47,635 nucleotides of DNA, taken from contig CAXTPV010000002.1 in the NCBI GenBank assembly GCA_964246135.1, positions 1-47,635 of the forward strand, in the 5' to 3' direction. The first letter of the stretch is position 1. The number at the start of each line of letters is the position of its first letter. Source of the stretch: an uncultured Acetobacteraceae bacterium (GTDB lineage: Bacteria; Pseudomonadota; Alphaproteobacteria; Acetobacterales; Acetobacteraceae). Made by a program: the position numbers and the translations under genes. Positions 27,502-35,115 of this stretch are shown piece after piece. The notes below the pieces were generated by a model that saw only the letters and a program-made list of their open reading frames with translations, made no database searches and had not been told where the DNA came from.

Positions 27502-29282
27502 CAAGCAATGCCCGCCTGCAAGCGCAGGCAGTCGAGAACGTCGGTGCGGCGCCAGGCTTCCCTTACGGCGGGCAGTTCCGGTGCGTCCGGCGCGCCGACC
27601 CCACGCAGCAGCGCGGTGAAGTGGGCCACGGCGGGCGCGTCCCCCCACTTCGAAGCCAGCAGCAGCCCAGCCGCCGGCTTCAGCTCCGGCGCCGGCGCGG
27701 CGCCGACCCCTGCCGAGAACAAAGCACGTGGGCATTGCAGCACGGACAAGCCGAGCGCGCGCGCGCGCCAGGACAGATCGATGTCGGCCAGCCAGGCGTC
27801 GAGGCGCTCATCAAAGCCGCCCGTCGCCTTGAACAGGGTGCGCGGGATCGCGACCCCCGGACCGCCTGCCCACTCGATGCTGAAATCCTCAAGACCGACC
27901 CGCCTCGGTGCCGTGTTCGGAACGGTTTCGACCTGCATCAGCGCCCGACCGCCATGCGCGTCTGACATGCGCAGCAGCGCCGCGCCGCTGCCGGGATGCA
28001 GCAGTCCCGGCGCGTCGAGCAACAGCACCAGGTCCGCGCCAGCATCAAAGCCGGCGCGCAACGCAAGGTTGCGGTCGGAGGTGTCCGACGCGGGACTGCC
28101 GCCGCGAGCTGGCATCCTGATGCGTTCGCCATCTGCGCCGGGCGGCAGGCCCAGCAACGCCATCTCGACACTTCGGGCCAGGGGACCTGATCCCCCCGCC
28201 TCGCCGCGCAACACGATGGCAAGGCGCCTCCCAGGCGCGATCGCGTCGCCCAAAGGCTGTCGCCACAGGACGTGCAGAACACGGCGTGGTCGTGGTGGCG
28301 GCGACGTAATGAGCGGGTTGTCTTCGACCGCGCGAATGACGCCGCGAGATTCGGACAGCCTGACCAGGCGGCGCGACAGGAAGCGATCCAGCGCCTCGCT
28401 GCTCGGCACCGCCGTCACGTGGCCCTGCTCGTGCAATTCGCCACGCGCGGTGAGCTTCATCCAGTCGTAGCCGGCCTGCTCGCAGATGTGGAAATACAGC
28501 CGCTCGATGCAGTGCGCCAGCGTGCCGTCGGTCTGGCCGCGCTCTTCGGGGAAGTCGCGCGCGGCAAGGCCGAGATCGAGCAACGGCCGGAGCGCTGCGC
28601 TGCGCGCCCAGAACATCGAGCCGGAGGGAAAGTCGAGCGGCGCCCGGGGCGGCAGCGCAAAACCCATCCGCCCCGCCAATGCCTCGGCCTCTCGATGGTT
28701 CTGGCCCCAGCGGATCCAGGGGCGAAGCTCGTCGATATGCTGCGGCGCGAGCATTCCAAGCCGCGGCATGCGTGCGAACACCTCGAAAACCCCGCGCACG
28801 GTCTCTGGAGAACCGAGCAAAGTGTCCAACAGGTAGCCGCGCCATCCGACCAGGCGGGAATCGTGGGGCGACTGCTTGGTATGCAGGTGCAGCACGTATT
28901 CGTAACGATCGTGCACGGAGGCGAAACCGACCACCTTGGGCGCGACATCGCGCCCGCGATTTGGCACCACCCGGGTCTCGACCATACCCGGCGCCCAGTT
29001 CGCAAAGCAGGCCAGCACGGCCACCTGCTTTGCCTCGGTGTCCGTGCTGACAAAGAGGTCGGCGCGAAAAGGTATGTTGTCGAGATAGGCGCGAAACTCG
29101 TGCAGCAGCTCGACGTGGAAGGCATGCAGAACGACGGCGACGGAGGGTACCCGTGCCGGTGCCGAATAGCCAAGTGGCAGTTCGAGGCTGAACTCCTGCT
29201 CCAGCGGATAGAGGGACTCCCGCCGCACGATGTGCTCGCCTCGACGCGCTCTGACAATGGGCGTTCCCGACAGGCCAGCCAT
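27501..29282 (-). CDS. Fusion protein: rhamnan-synthesis-F (RgpF)-like domain plus C-terminal GT2-like domain
   Basis: The RgpF-like half reads VAVVLHAFHVELLHEFRAYLDNIPFRADLFVSTDTE...NRGRDVAPKVVGF...YEYVLHLHTKQSPH...FPSGSMFWARSAAL...GTLAHCIERL. The C-terminal half reads LLLDAPGLLHPG...GGFDERLDAWLADIDLSWRA. The ATG at 29282 overlaps the upstream stop by 1 nt. Confidence 0.8.
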   Translation of the reverse strand: MAGLSGTPIVRARRGEHIVRRESLYPLEQEFSLELPLGYSAPARVPSVAVVLHAFHVELLHEFRAYLDNIPFRADLFVSTDTEAKQVAVLACFANWAPGMVETRVVPNRGRDVAPKVVGFASVHDRYEYVLHLHTKQSPHDSRLVGWRGYLLDTLLGSPETVRGVFEVFARMPRLGMLAPQHIDELRPWIRWGQNHREAEALAGRMGFALPPRAPLDFPSGSMFWARSAALRPLLDLGLAARDFPEERGQTDGTLAHCIERLYFHICEQAGYDWMKLTARGELHEQGHVTAVPSSEALDRFLSRRLVRLSESRGVIRAVEDNPLITSPPPRPRRVLHVLWRQPLGDAIAPGRRLAIVLRGEAGGSGPLARSVEMALLGLPPGADGERIRMPARGGSPASDTSDRNLALRAGFDAGADLVLLLDAPGLLHPGSGAALLRMSDAHGGRALMQVETVPNTAPRRVGLEDFSIEWAGGPGVAIPRTLFKATGGFDERLDAWLADIDLSWRARALGLSVLQCPRALFSAGVGAAPAPELKPAAGLLLASKWGDAPAVAHFTALLRGVGAPDAPELPAVREAWRRTDVLDCLRLQAGIA

Positions 29283-30085
29283 CACTGGCGGCTCACTCCG
29301 AGAAAGCTCCGCACCTGCCGCCATCCGACCGTGCGGCGCTGCGGGTAGGCGACCACGACATCGTGGTGATCGTCCCAGGCACGGGGATGGTAGGCCGCCA
29401 TGCGCAACCCGCAGGCCGTCAGGGTCGCGCCAAGCCACGCCTGGTCGATCAGCGAGATGCCGTAATGCTCGTTACTGAGCGCGACGCCGTAGTCGGGACC
29501 GCCACCATAATCGCGATAGCCGAAACCCGTGCGTTCGTAATCATCGATCACGCCTGCCGGGTCGCCGTCGGCGAGGCCGTACCCGATCTCGCGCAGTCGC
29601 GGGATGATGCCGGGGCCATGCGACGATGCCACCAGCACGGAACGTCGGGTCATGTGTCGCGCCATCGCCGCCAGGAACAGCTTCACCTGCCGCGCCGGCA
29701 GGTGGGTGATCAATGAGCCGACCCAGATCAGATCATAGGTTTCCCCCAGCCTCAAGGTGGTGAAATCGCGCACCGACAACGCCGGCCGCACGCCAAGCCG
29801 GGCGGCGCAGAACGCGATGCCATCGGCGTCGAGGTCGCTCGCGGTGATGGTGGCGCCTGGAAACCGTGCCCGCAGCACCCGCGTCACGCGTCCGAACCCG
29901 CTCGGAAGATCAAGAATGCTGCGTGGTAAGGCGCCGTCCAGCGCCTGCTCGATCACGCGCAACGCCGATAGGCCCACCGAGGCATAGTGAAAATGGTCAT
30001 CGTCCCTGAACATCTTGTCGGCATCGTCAACCGATCGGTCCATCGTGGGCAAGGGAAAGCCCACCGGCAGGATAAGTTGATGCAT
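29282..30085 (-). CDS. Class I SAM-dependent methyltransferase
   Basis: ILDLPSGFGRVTRVLRARFPGATITASDLDADGIAFC...YDLIWVGSLITHL matches motifs I-III. The ATG at 30085 has GAGGG upstream. The ORF-track start at 30130 is a TTG that overlaps the upstream gene. Confidence 0.8.
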   Translation of the reverse strand: MHQLILPVGFPLPTMDRSVDDADKMFRDDDHFHYASVGLSALRVIEQALDGALPRSILDLPSGFGRVTRVLRARFPGATITASDLDADGIAFCAARLGVRPALSVRDFTTLRLGETYDLIWVGSLITHLPARQVKLFLAAMARHMTRRSVLVASSHGPGIIPRLREIGYGLADGDPAGVIDDYERTGFGYRDYGGGPDYGVALSNEHYGISLIDQAWLGATLTACGLRMAAYHPRAWDDHHDVVVAYPQRRTVGWRQVRSFLGVSRQ

Positions 30086-30098
30086 GCGTCTGACGCCC

Positions 30099-31604
30099 TC
30101 AGCCGGCGCGCCGTGACGCTGGCACGGCAATCGCTGGTGCCGGCTCGACCGTCATCACAGTCTTCCCAAAGAACAGCATCACCGAGAGGTAGCGCCAGTC
30201 GAGGCCACCTAGCTCGGCATCAGAACGACGCCGATAAATACCAGGGTCGAACTTCCAAGCCCCATTGGCGAGCATCGGGACGGGGGCGTTCCGCCAGACC
30301 ATTGCCGGACCCGGCGAACGTCCCGAAGCCCATAGCGCATCGCGGGTGGCGATGGTGGAGGCAATCAGCGCTCGGTCATGCAGGAGGTCGGGCAACCGCC
30401 AGCAAAACACTATCAGCAACGGCACCGTAAGCAGCAAAGCGCGGGTCCGCTGTGCCATCATGCTCGGCCAGGCCTGGGCGAAACTGTAGACAGCGAGCAC
30501 GCCCAGGCAGGTGCGAAAAGTCTCGTGACGCTCGCAGCAATCGTCGCCGAACTGCCGGTAGGCGAGCACGATCGATCCGTAGCTGGCGAGCAGCAGGGCC
30601 GTACCACGCAGCAGCGCCTCGAGGACGGTCGGCCCCAGGCGCGTCTCCGTCATGCCAGGTCGGAAGCCAAGGAACAGCAGCAGCTTGACCGCGAGACCGG
30701 CGGCAACGTTCCAGCCACCGCCAAGCCTGATTGCTGCCAATTCGCGCAGATCATCCGGTCCTGACACAACGAGACTCGCGCCGAGCCTGCCGATAGTCGG
30801 ACTGCCATGCCGGAGCACATCCACGTTGCTGCCGACCCGATGCAGTGCCGTCACCATCGCGACGAAGGCGACGGAGGCGGCAGCGCTTGCCCACACAAAC
30901 CAGCGTAGGCGCACTTGGCCGCGCGCGATACCGTGCGCAACCAGAAGCAGCCCCGCGTCGATCGCGACCACCATCGCGCCCAGCTCCGCGCACCATGCCG
31001 CAACGACCAGCACACCACCGAGCGCCCAGCTCCGCGATGGATGGTCGCGTTTCATCAGGCAGGCGCTGCCGAGCGCGGTGATCCCGAGCAAGTACGCGGC
31101 GGCGCCAGCTGGCCAGTAGAACATCTCTCCCGGTTTGGCGAGCAGGAGGAACGCCGCAACCAGAGAGGCCGCGATCAGCGCCGGCTCGCGACGAGTGCTC
31201 CTTGCAGCGAAATAGAGGCCGAGCAGGAGAACCGACCAGATGGCGGCAAGAAACGGCAGCGACAGCGGTCGTCCAAGCAGGTTGACAGCGGTGCCATAAC
31301 CAAAAAGCACGAGCTCGGACACCGGACGCGGACTCCAGCCGAGGATCCTGTCCGCGGTCGCATGCCAGCCGGCGACGCGTTGCTCGTGGAATTGCAGGAA
31401 CTCGTCCGGATGCCATTTTCCGAGCGGCAGCAGCGACGCGTAACAGGCGATCATCAGCAACAGCGCCGTGGTCGCACCAGGTATGGCGAGGTATCGGGCG
31501 ACTTGGCGCGTGGGCGTTCGCTTGGCAATGCCGGCTCCGGCCCGGACACTCTCCGCGCTCAATCGGCGCGATCCTCGGGATCGATCGGAGACAGCTTCAT
31601 CCAT
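30099..31604 (-). CDS. Polytopic membrane protein of the glycan cluster (possible GT-C-type transferase or polymerase)
   Basis: About 11-12 hydrophobic segments. The first loop reads LPLGKWHPDEFLQFHEQ (acidic DE motif after TM1). The hydrophilic C-terminal ~90 aa follow. I recognise no family. An alternative start is the TTG at 31562, which overlaps the upstream stop as TTGA. Confidence 0.65.
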   Translation of the reverse strand: MDEAVSDRSRGSRRLSAESVRAGAGIAKRTPTRQVARYLAIPGATTALLLMIACYASLLPLGKWHPDEFLQFHEQRVAGWHATADRILGWSPRPVSELVLFGYGTAVNLLGRPLSLPFLAAIWSVLLLGLYFAARSTRREPALIAASLVAAFLLLAKPGEMFYWPAGAAAYLLGITALGSACLMKRDHPSRSWALGGVLVVAAWCAELGAMVVAIDAGLLLVAHGIARGQVRLRWFVWASAAASVAFVAMVTALHRVGSNVDVLRHGSPTIGRLGASLVVSGPDDLRELAAIRLGGGWNVAAGLAVKLLLFLGFRPGMTETRLGPTVLEALLRGTALLLASYGSIVLAYRQFGDDCCERHETFRTCLGVLAVYSFAQAWPSMMAQRTRALLLTVPLLIVFCWRLPDLLHDRALIASTIATRDALWASGRSPGPAMVWRNAPVPMLANGAWKFDPGIYRRRSDAELGGLDWRYLSVMLFFGKTVMTVEPAPAIAVPASRRAG

Positions 31605-32350
31605 GGATGACGCATGGTCATTTCGACGAACACCGCGTCGTAGGATCGCGCCGTTTCGGTTCGCAGCATGGACGCGCGATGCACCCGGTAGCGGCACAGC
31701 ATCTCCGGAACGAACGCCGCGACGTAGCCCTGCTCGATGAACTTGCACCAGAAATCGTAATCTTCCCAGCCACCCTCGACGTGGCTGTAGCCGCCGACGT
31801 CCCGCCAGGCCCGTCGCGATATCAGTGCCATCGCGTCGATGTAGTTGCCATGGCGCAGCCATCGCGGCTGCCAGACATCGGCGAGGCCGACACCGTGCTT
31901 GGCGCCAAACAACTCATGCTGGGTGTAGGCGGCGGCGGCGGCGCTGGTGGCGATCGCGTGATGCAGCCTGCCGATCGCGCGTGGATAAAGCGCGTTGTCG
32001 GCGTCCAGCACGAACACGTTGGCGCCTTGAGCGTGCAGGAAGCCGGTGTTGCGGGCCTGCGCCAGTCCCTGGTTGCGTCGGTGCCGCAGCAGCTTCACGC
32101 GCGAGAAACGCTCCGAATGCGCCTGCATCCAGTCCCGCGCGACGGCGACTGACGCGTCCTTGGCCGACGCATCGTCAACCACCACGAGTTCGAGCGCGGC
32201 GTGACGCTGCGCCGCGATGGAGTCGAGACATTCAGGAAGGAACTCGGCATAGTTGTACAGGCTGACCGTGACCGTCACGAGGTCGGATGGTGAGGCATCG
32301 TCGCGTGCAGCCTCGAACACGGTCTCAGTCGCGGGCGCAATGTTCGGCAT
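31559..32350 (-). CDS. Glycosyltransferase family 2
   Basis: VTVSLYNYAEFLPECLDSIAAQRHAALELVVVDDASAKD...NQGLAQARNTGF...VFVLDADNALYP is a canonical GT2 (DxD = DAD). There are no TM segments. Confidence 0.85.
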   Translation of the reverse strand: MPNIAPATETVFEAARDDASPSDLVTVTVSLYNYAEFLPECLDSIAAQRHAALELVVVDDASAKDASVAVARDWMQAHSERFSRVKLLRHRRNQGLAQARNTGFLHAQGANVFVLDADNALYPRAIGRLHHAIATSAAAAAYTQHELFGAKHGVGLADVWQPRWLRHGNYIDAMALISRRAWRDVGGYSHVEGGWEDYDFWCKFIEQGYVAAFVPEMLCRYRVHRASMLRTETARSYDAVFVEMTMRHPWMKLSPIDPEDRAD

Positions 32351-32354
32351 TGCC

Positions 32355-35114
32355 TCAGCCGCGCTCCCGGGCGCGATGCCGCGACAGGAACCGCAGCATA
32401 CCAGCGACCGTGTTTCGGGTCTCGAAGGTGGTCGAGATCAAGGCGTTGACGTTGGCGCGCACGCGTTCCGCCTCACGGCCGCCCTCCTCGGTGGTGAGCA
32501 GCCATTCGAGTAGGTCCGGAATGTGTCGTGCGCTCTCCTGCAGGTAGTGTTCGTTGGCAACGAAACTCGGATGCGGCAGGCAGGGGTCTGACACGATCAG
32601 GCTGCCCGAGCACATGCCGATCCGAACCATGCGGTGCCACTCGAAATAGCCGAACTCCTCGCGATGGATGTTCAGCGTGATCTTGCTATGACCCGAAACG
32701 TGCCCGGCGAGCCGGGTCAGCGCGCCGTCCTCGCCTTCACTCCGGATCGGGCCGCGGCCCGGTCGGCGGTTGTAGTTGAAGGTCTCGTAGTCGGCGAAGA
32801 AGGCGGCGTTGCGAGCAAAAAAGCGATCGCGGCGCGCGCTCGACGTGCCAAAGAAGCTGATATCGAGGGGCCTCGCGGCAAACGGCAGGCCGGGATCGAT
32901 GTCACGCTGGGCCGCCGCTGGAAGGACGCCATACAGAGGATGCCGGCGATCCCGCTCGGTGAGCTTGTGCGGCCGCAGACGGGCGCCGGGCAACACGTGC
33001 AGCGCCGCCATGTCAAGGCGCTCGAACAGGTCAGCGGTCTGCGAGCATATATCGAACATGCCCCGCGACATCAGGATGAACGGCAATGCCAGCTGAAACC
33101 AGGTGGTCTGGACCTGCTCGGTGCCGAACATGAAGGCGTCCGACAGCACGTCGTCGCGCACCCAGTCGGAGCCGCGTCCTAGCACGAAGAACTCGTGCGG
33201 TGCCACGAACACGCATACCGGCGGCCGCGTCTCGATCGCGCTGGTCTCGTCCAGCAACTCGACACGAACACCGGCGCTGCGAAGATCGGCTGCCAGGTCC
33301 TCGGCAAGGTCGTCCATGAAGACGTTGCCATGCGTGCTGACATAGATGCCGACATGGCTGACATCTTCGACCAGCGCAGGCAGGTCTTGATCGTCATGCC
33401 GCGAAGGTGGCAGCGCGCGAACGGCATGGTCGAACAGCATGAAGCCGCTCATCAGGCGTGCAAGGTCCTCTGGGTCGACTTTGCCGCGCCCTTCCAGCGC
33501 GCCTGACTGGATGAAGTGCTCGTAGGGGTCGACACCAGCGGCGGCAACGTCTGGGTTGCGGCGCAGGTAGTCCTCGACATCGAACACCTCAAAGCGCCGC
33601 AACCGGGTCACTGCGGCGGCAAGCGTCCACCAGTTCACCTCGCCGACGTAGCGTCCGAAACACTGGATCTGCGGCTTTTCCGGCGGCGGTTCGGCCAGCA
33701 TCTCTTCCGATTGTGACACCTCGGTCTGTTGCGGCGGCTCCACGTAGTCGGGCTCGGGCGGCGGAAGGCCTCTGGTGGACCGTGACAGCAGGCGGCCGAC
33801 GCGTTGAGCACCCACGCCGACCCGCACGAGGCGCGAGCGCCGGGCGGCATCGACGTCGGCGAGCCGGGCGTCGATGTCGATGTCGCGCTGTTGCAGCGCC
33901 GCTTCCCGGGCATCGAGCGCGAGCGCTTGCTGTTCAAGCACGTCACGCGTCGCGGCAAGTTCGGCACGTGCGGCCTCGCGTTCCGCCGCGGCGTCAGCGG
34001 CTCTCGCGTCCCGCCGCAGCATCTCGGCAGCCTGCCAGTCGGCCAGCTTTGTCTCGGCATGGAGTCGTGCGGCGGCTTGGGCCTGGAGCTGTTCGCGTAG
34101 CGGCCGGATGTCTCGCTCGGCCGCCTCGGCACCGAGGCGGCGTTCTCGCTCGGCGACGAAGGCCGCGTTGGCGGCGGCGAGCCAGTCCCCGGTTTCGCCA
34201 AGCTGGCGCGACAGGTCGGCAATGTCCTGCTCAGGCTGATAGGTCTCGGTGCGGGTCCAGGGGAAAACGTTGCGCGCCTCCGGGGTTGACGCAGCAGCGC
34301 GCGCTGTCGCCATGAGCGAGGGCGGCACCACGTCGCGCCCCAGGTTTGCCGTCACCAGCCGCCGAAAATCGGCCGCCTCTTCCGCGGCCGCGTCCTGCCG
34401 AAAGCGTCTCGGCAGACCAAGCAGGTTGGCCAGCAGGTTTTCCGGGTGGATCAGCGACAAGCCGCGTCCATCAGCCCGGCCTGGCTGCGGCAGGGCGTCG
34501 GCGGCAGCGCTGCCGTCGCGCGCGAACACCAAGGTGTTCTGCGCGTACCACCAATCGACATCCGCATTCGCCCAAAGGCTTCCGCGCAAGAAGTCAAAGC
34601 AGGAATAACCTTGGCCACGAAACAGGATGGACCAATATTCCGGCCACTGCTCGTTGACGTGGTGGGTGCCATACTGGAACGGCACCGCGGCGGAGAACAG
34701 CACGGCGTCGCCGAGCGACGCCAACTCCGCAATGAGTGACGGCGCGCGTCCATGCGGCAGATGCTCGGCGACTTCCATGCAGACCACGAGGTCGAAGCTT
34801 GCCCGCGCCCTCGTTCGCAGAATGTCGGGCAGCGCCTGCGTCGCGAGGTCAGAAGCAATGAAGCTGTGGGCGTCAACCAGCAGCGCGTCGCGATCGACGT
34901 AGTCGCCATCAATGCCGATCGCCTCCTCGACCCCGAGATCGAGCCCCGCTCGCATCCAGCTGCCGACGCCACAGCCGACGTCCAGCAGGCGCCGCGGTCG
35001 CAGCAGCGGCACCAGCCTGCCCAGGATGATGCGAGCCGAGATCAGGCTCCGCTCCGCCTGGCCCTCAAAGAAATCCTTGTCGTAGATCGCGGCCGGTGTG
35101 TGTCGGGCCGCCAC
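32355..35114 (-). CDS. Three-part protein: N-terminal class I SAM methyltransferase, ~130-aa Ala/Arg/Glu-rich coiled coil, C-terminal glycosyltransferase-like (CgeB/GT1-like) domain
   Basis: MTase: LLDVGCGVGSWM...FDLVVCMEVAEHLP...HVNEQWPEYW. Coil: REQLQAQAAARLHAETKLADWQAAEMLRRDARAADAAAEREAARAELAATRDVLEQQALALDAREAALQQRDIDIDARL. It also has a YLRRNPDVAAAGVDPYEHFIQSGALEGR motif. The C-terminus reads FGTSSARRDRFF...ITLNIHREEFGYFEWHRMV. The GTG at 35114 lies 2 nt after the upstream stop. The ATG at 35225 would overlap the upstream gene by 110 nt. Confidence 0.75.
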   Translation of the reverse strand: MAARHTPAAIYDKDFFEGQAERSLISARIILGRLVPLLRPRRLLDVGCGVGSWMRAGLDLGVEEAIGIDGDYVDRDALLVDAHSFIASDLATQALPDILRTRARASFDLVVCMEVAEHLPHGRAPSLIAELASLGDAVLFSAAVPFQYGTHHVNEQWPEYWSILFRGQGYSCFDFLRGSLWANADVDWWYAQNTLVFARDGSAAADALPQPGRADGRGLSLIHPENLLANLLGLPRRFRQDAAAEEAADFRRLVTANLGRDVVPPSLMATARAAASTPEARNVFPWTRTETYQPEQDIADLSRQLGETGDWLAAANAAFVAERERRLGAEAAERDIRPLREQLQAQAAARLHAETKLADWQAAEMLRRDARAADAAAEREAARAELAATRDVLEQQALALDAREAALQQRDIDIDARLADVDAARRSRLVRVGVGAQRVGRLLSRSTRGLPPPEPDYVEPPQQTEVSQSEEMLAEPPPEKPQIQCFGRYVGEVNWWTLAAAVTRLRRFEVFDVEDYLRRNPDVAAAGVDPYEHFIQSGALEGRGKVDPEDLARLMSGFMLFDHAVRALPPSRHDDQDLPALVEDVSHVGIYVSTHGNVFMDDLAEDLAADLRSAGVRVELLDETSAIETRPPVCVFVAPHEFFVLGRGSDWVRDDVLSDAFMFGTEQVQTTWFQLALPFILMSRGMFDICSQTADLFERLDMAALHVLPGARLRPHKLTERDRRHPLYGVLPAAAQRDIDPGLPFAARPLDISFFGTSSARRDRFFARNAAFFADYETFNYNRRPGRGPIRSEGEDGALTRLAGHVSGHSKITLNIHREEFGYFEWHRMVRIGMCSGSLIVSDPCLPHPSFVANEHYLQESARHIPDLLEWLLTTEEGGREAERVRANVNALISTTFETRNTVAGMLRFLSRHRARERG

Positions 35115-35115
35115 G

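Noticed and set aside
27193-28470. 425-aa + strand ORF, plus several 250-360-aa ORFs (28272..29348, 36820..37884, 35398..36252) inside the glycan cluster
   Set aside because: All are antisense to minus-strand genes with clear GT, RgpF or methyltransferase motifs. Their translations are low-complexity and Arg/Ser/Pro-rich.
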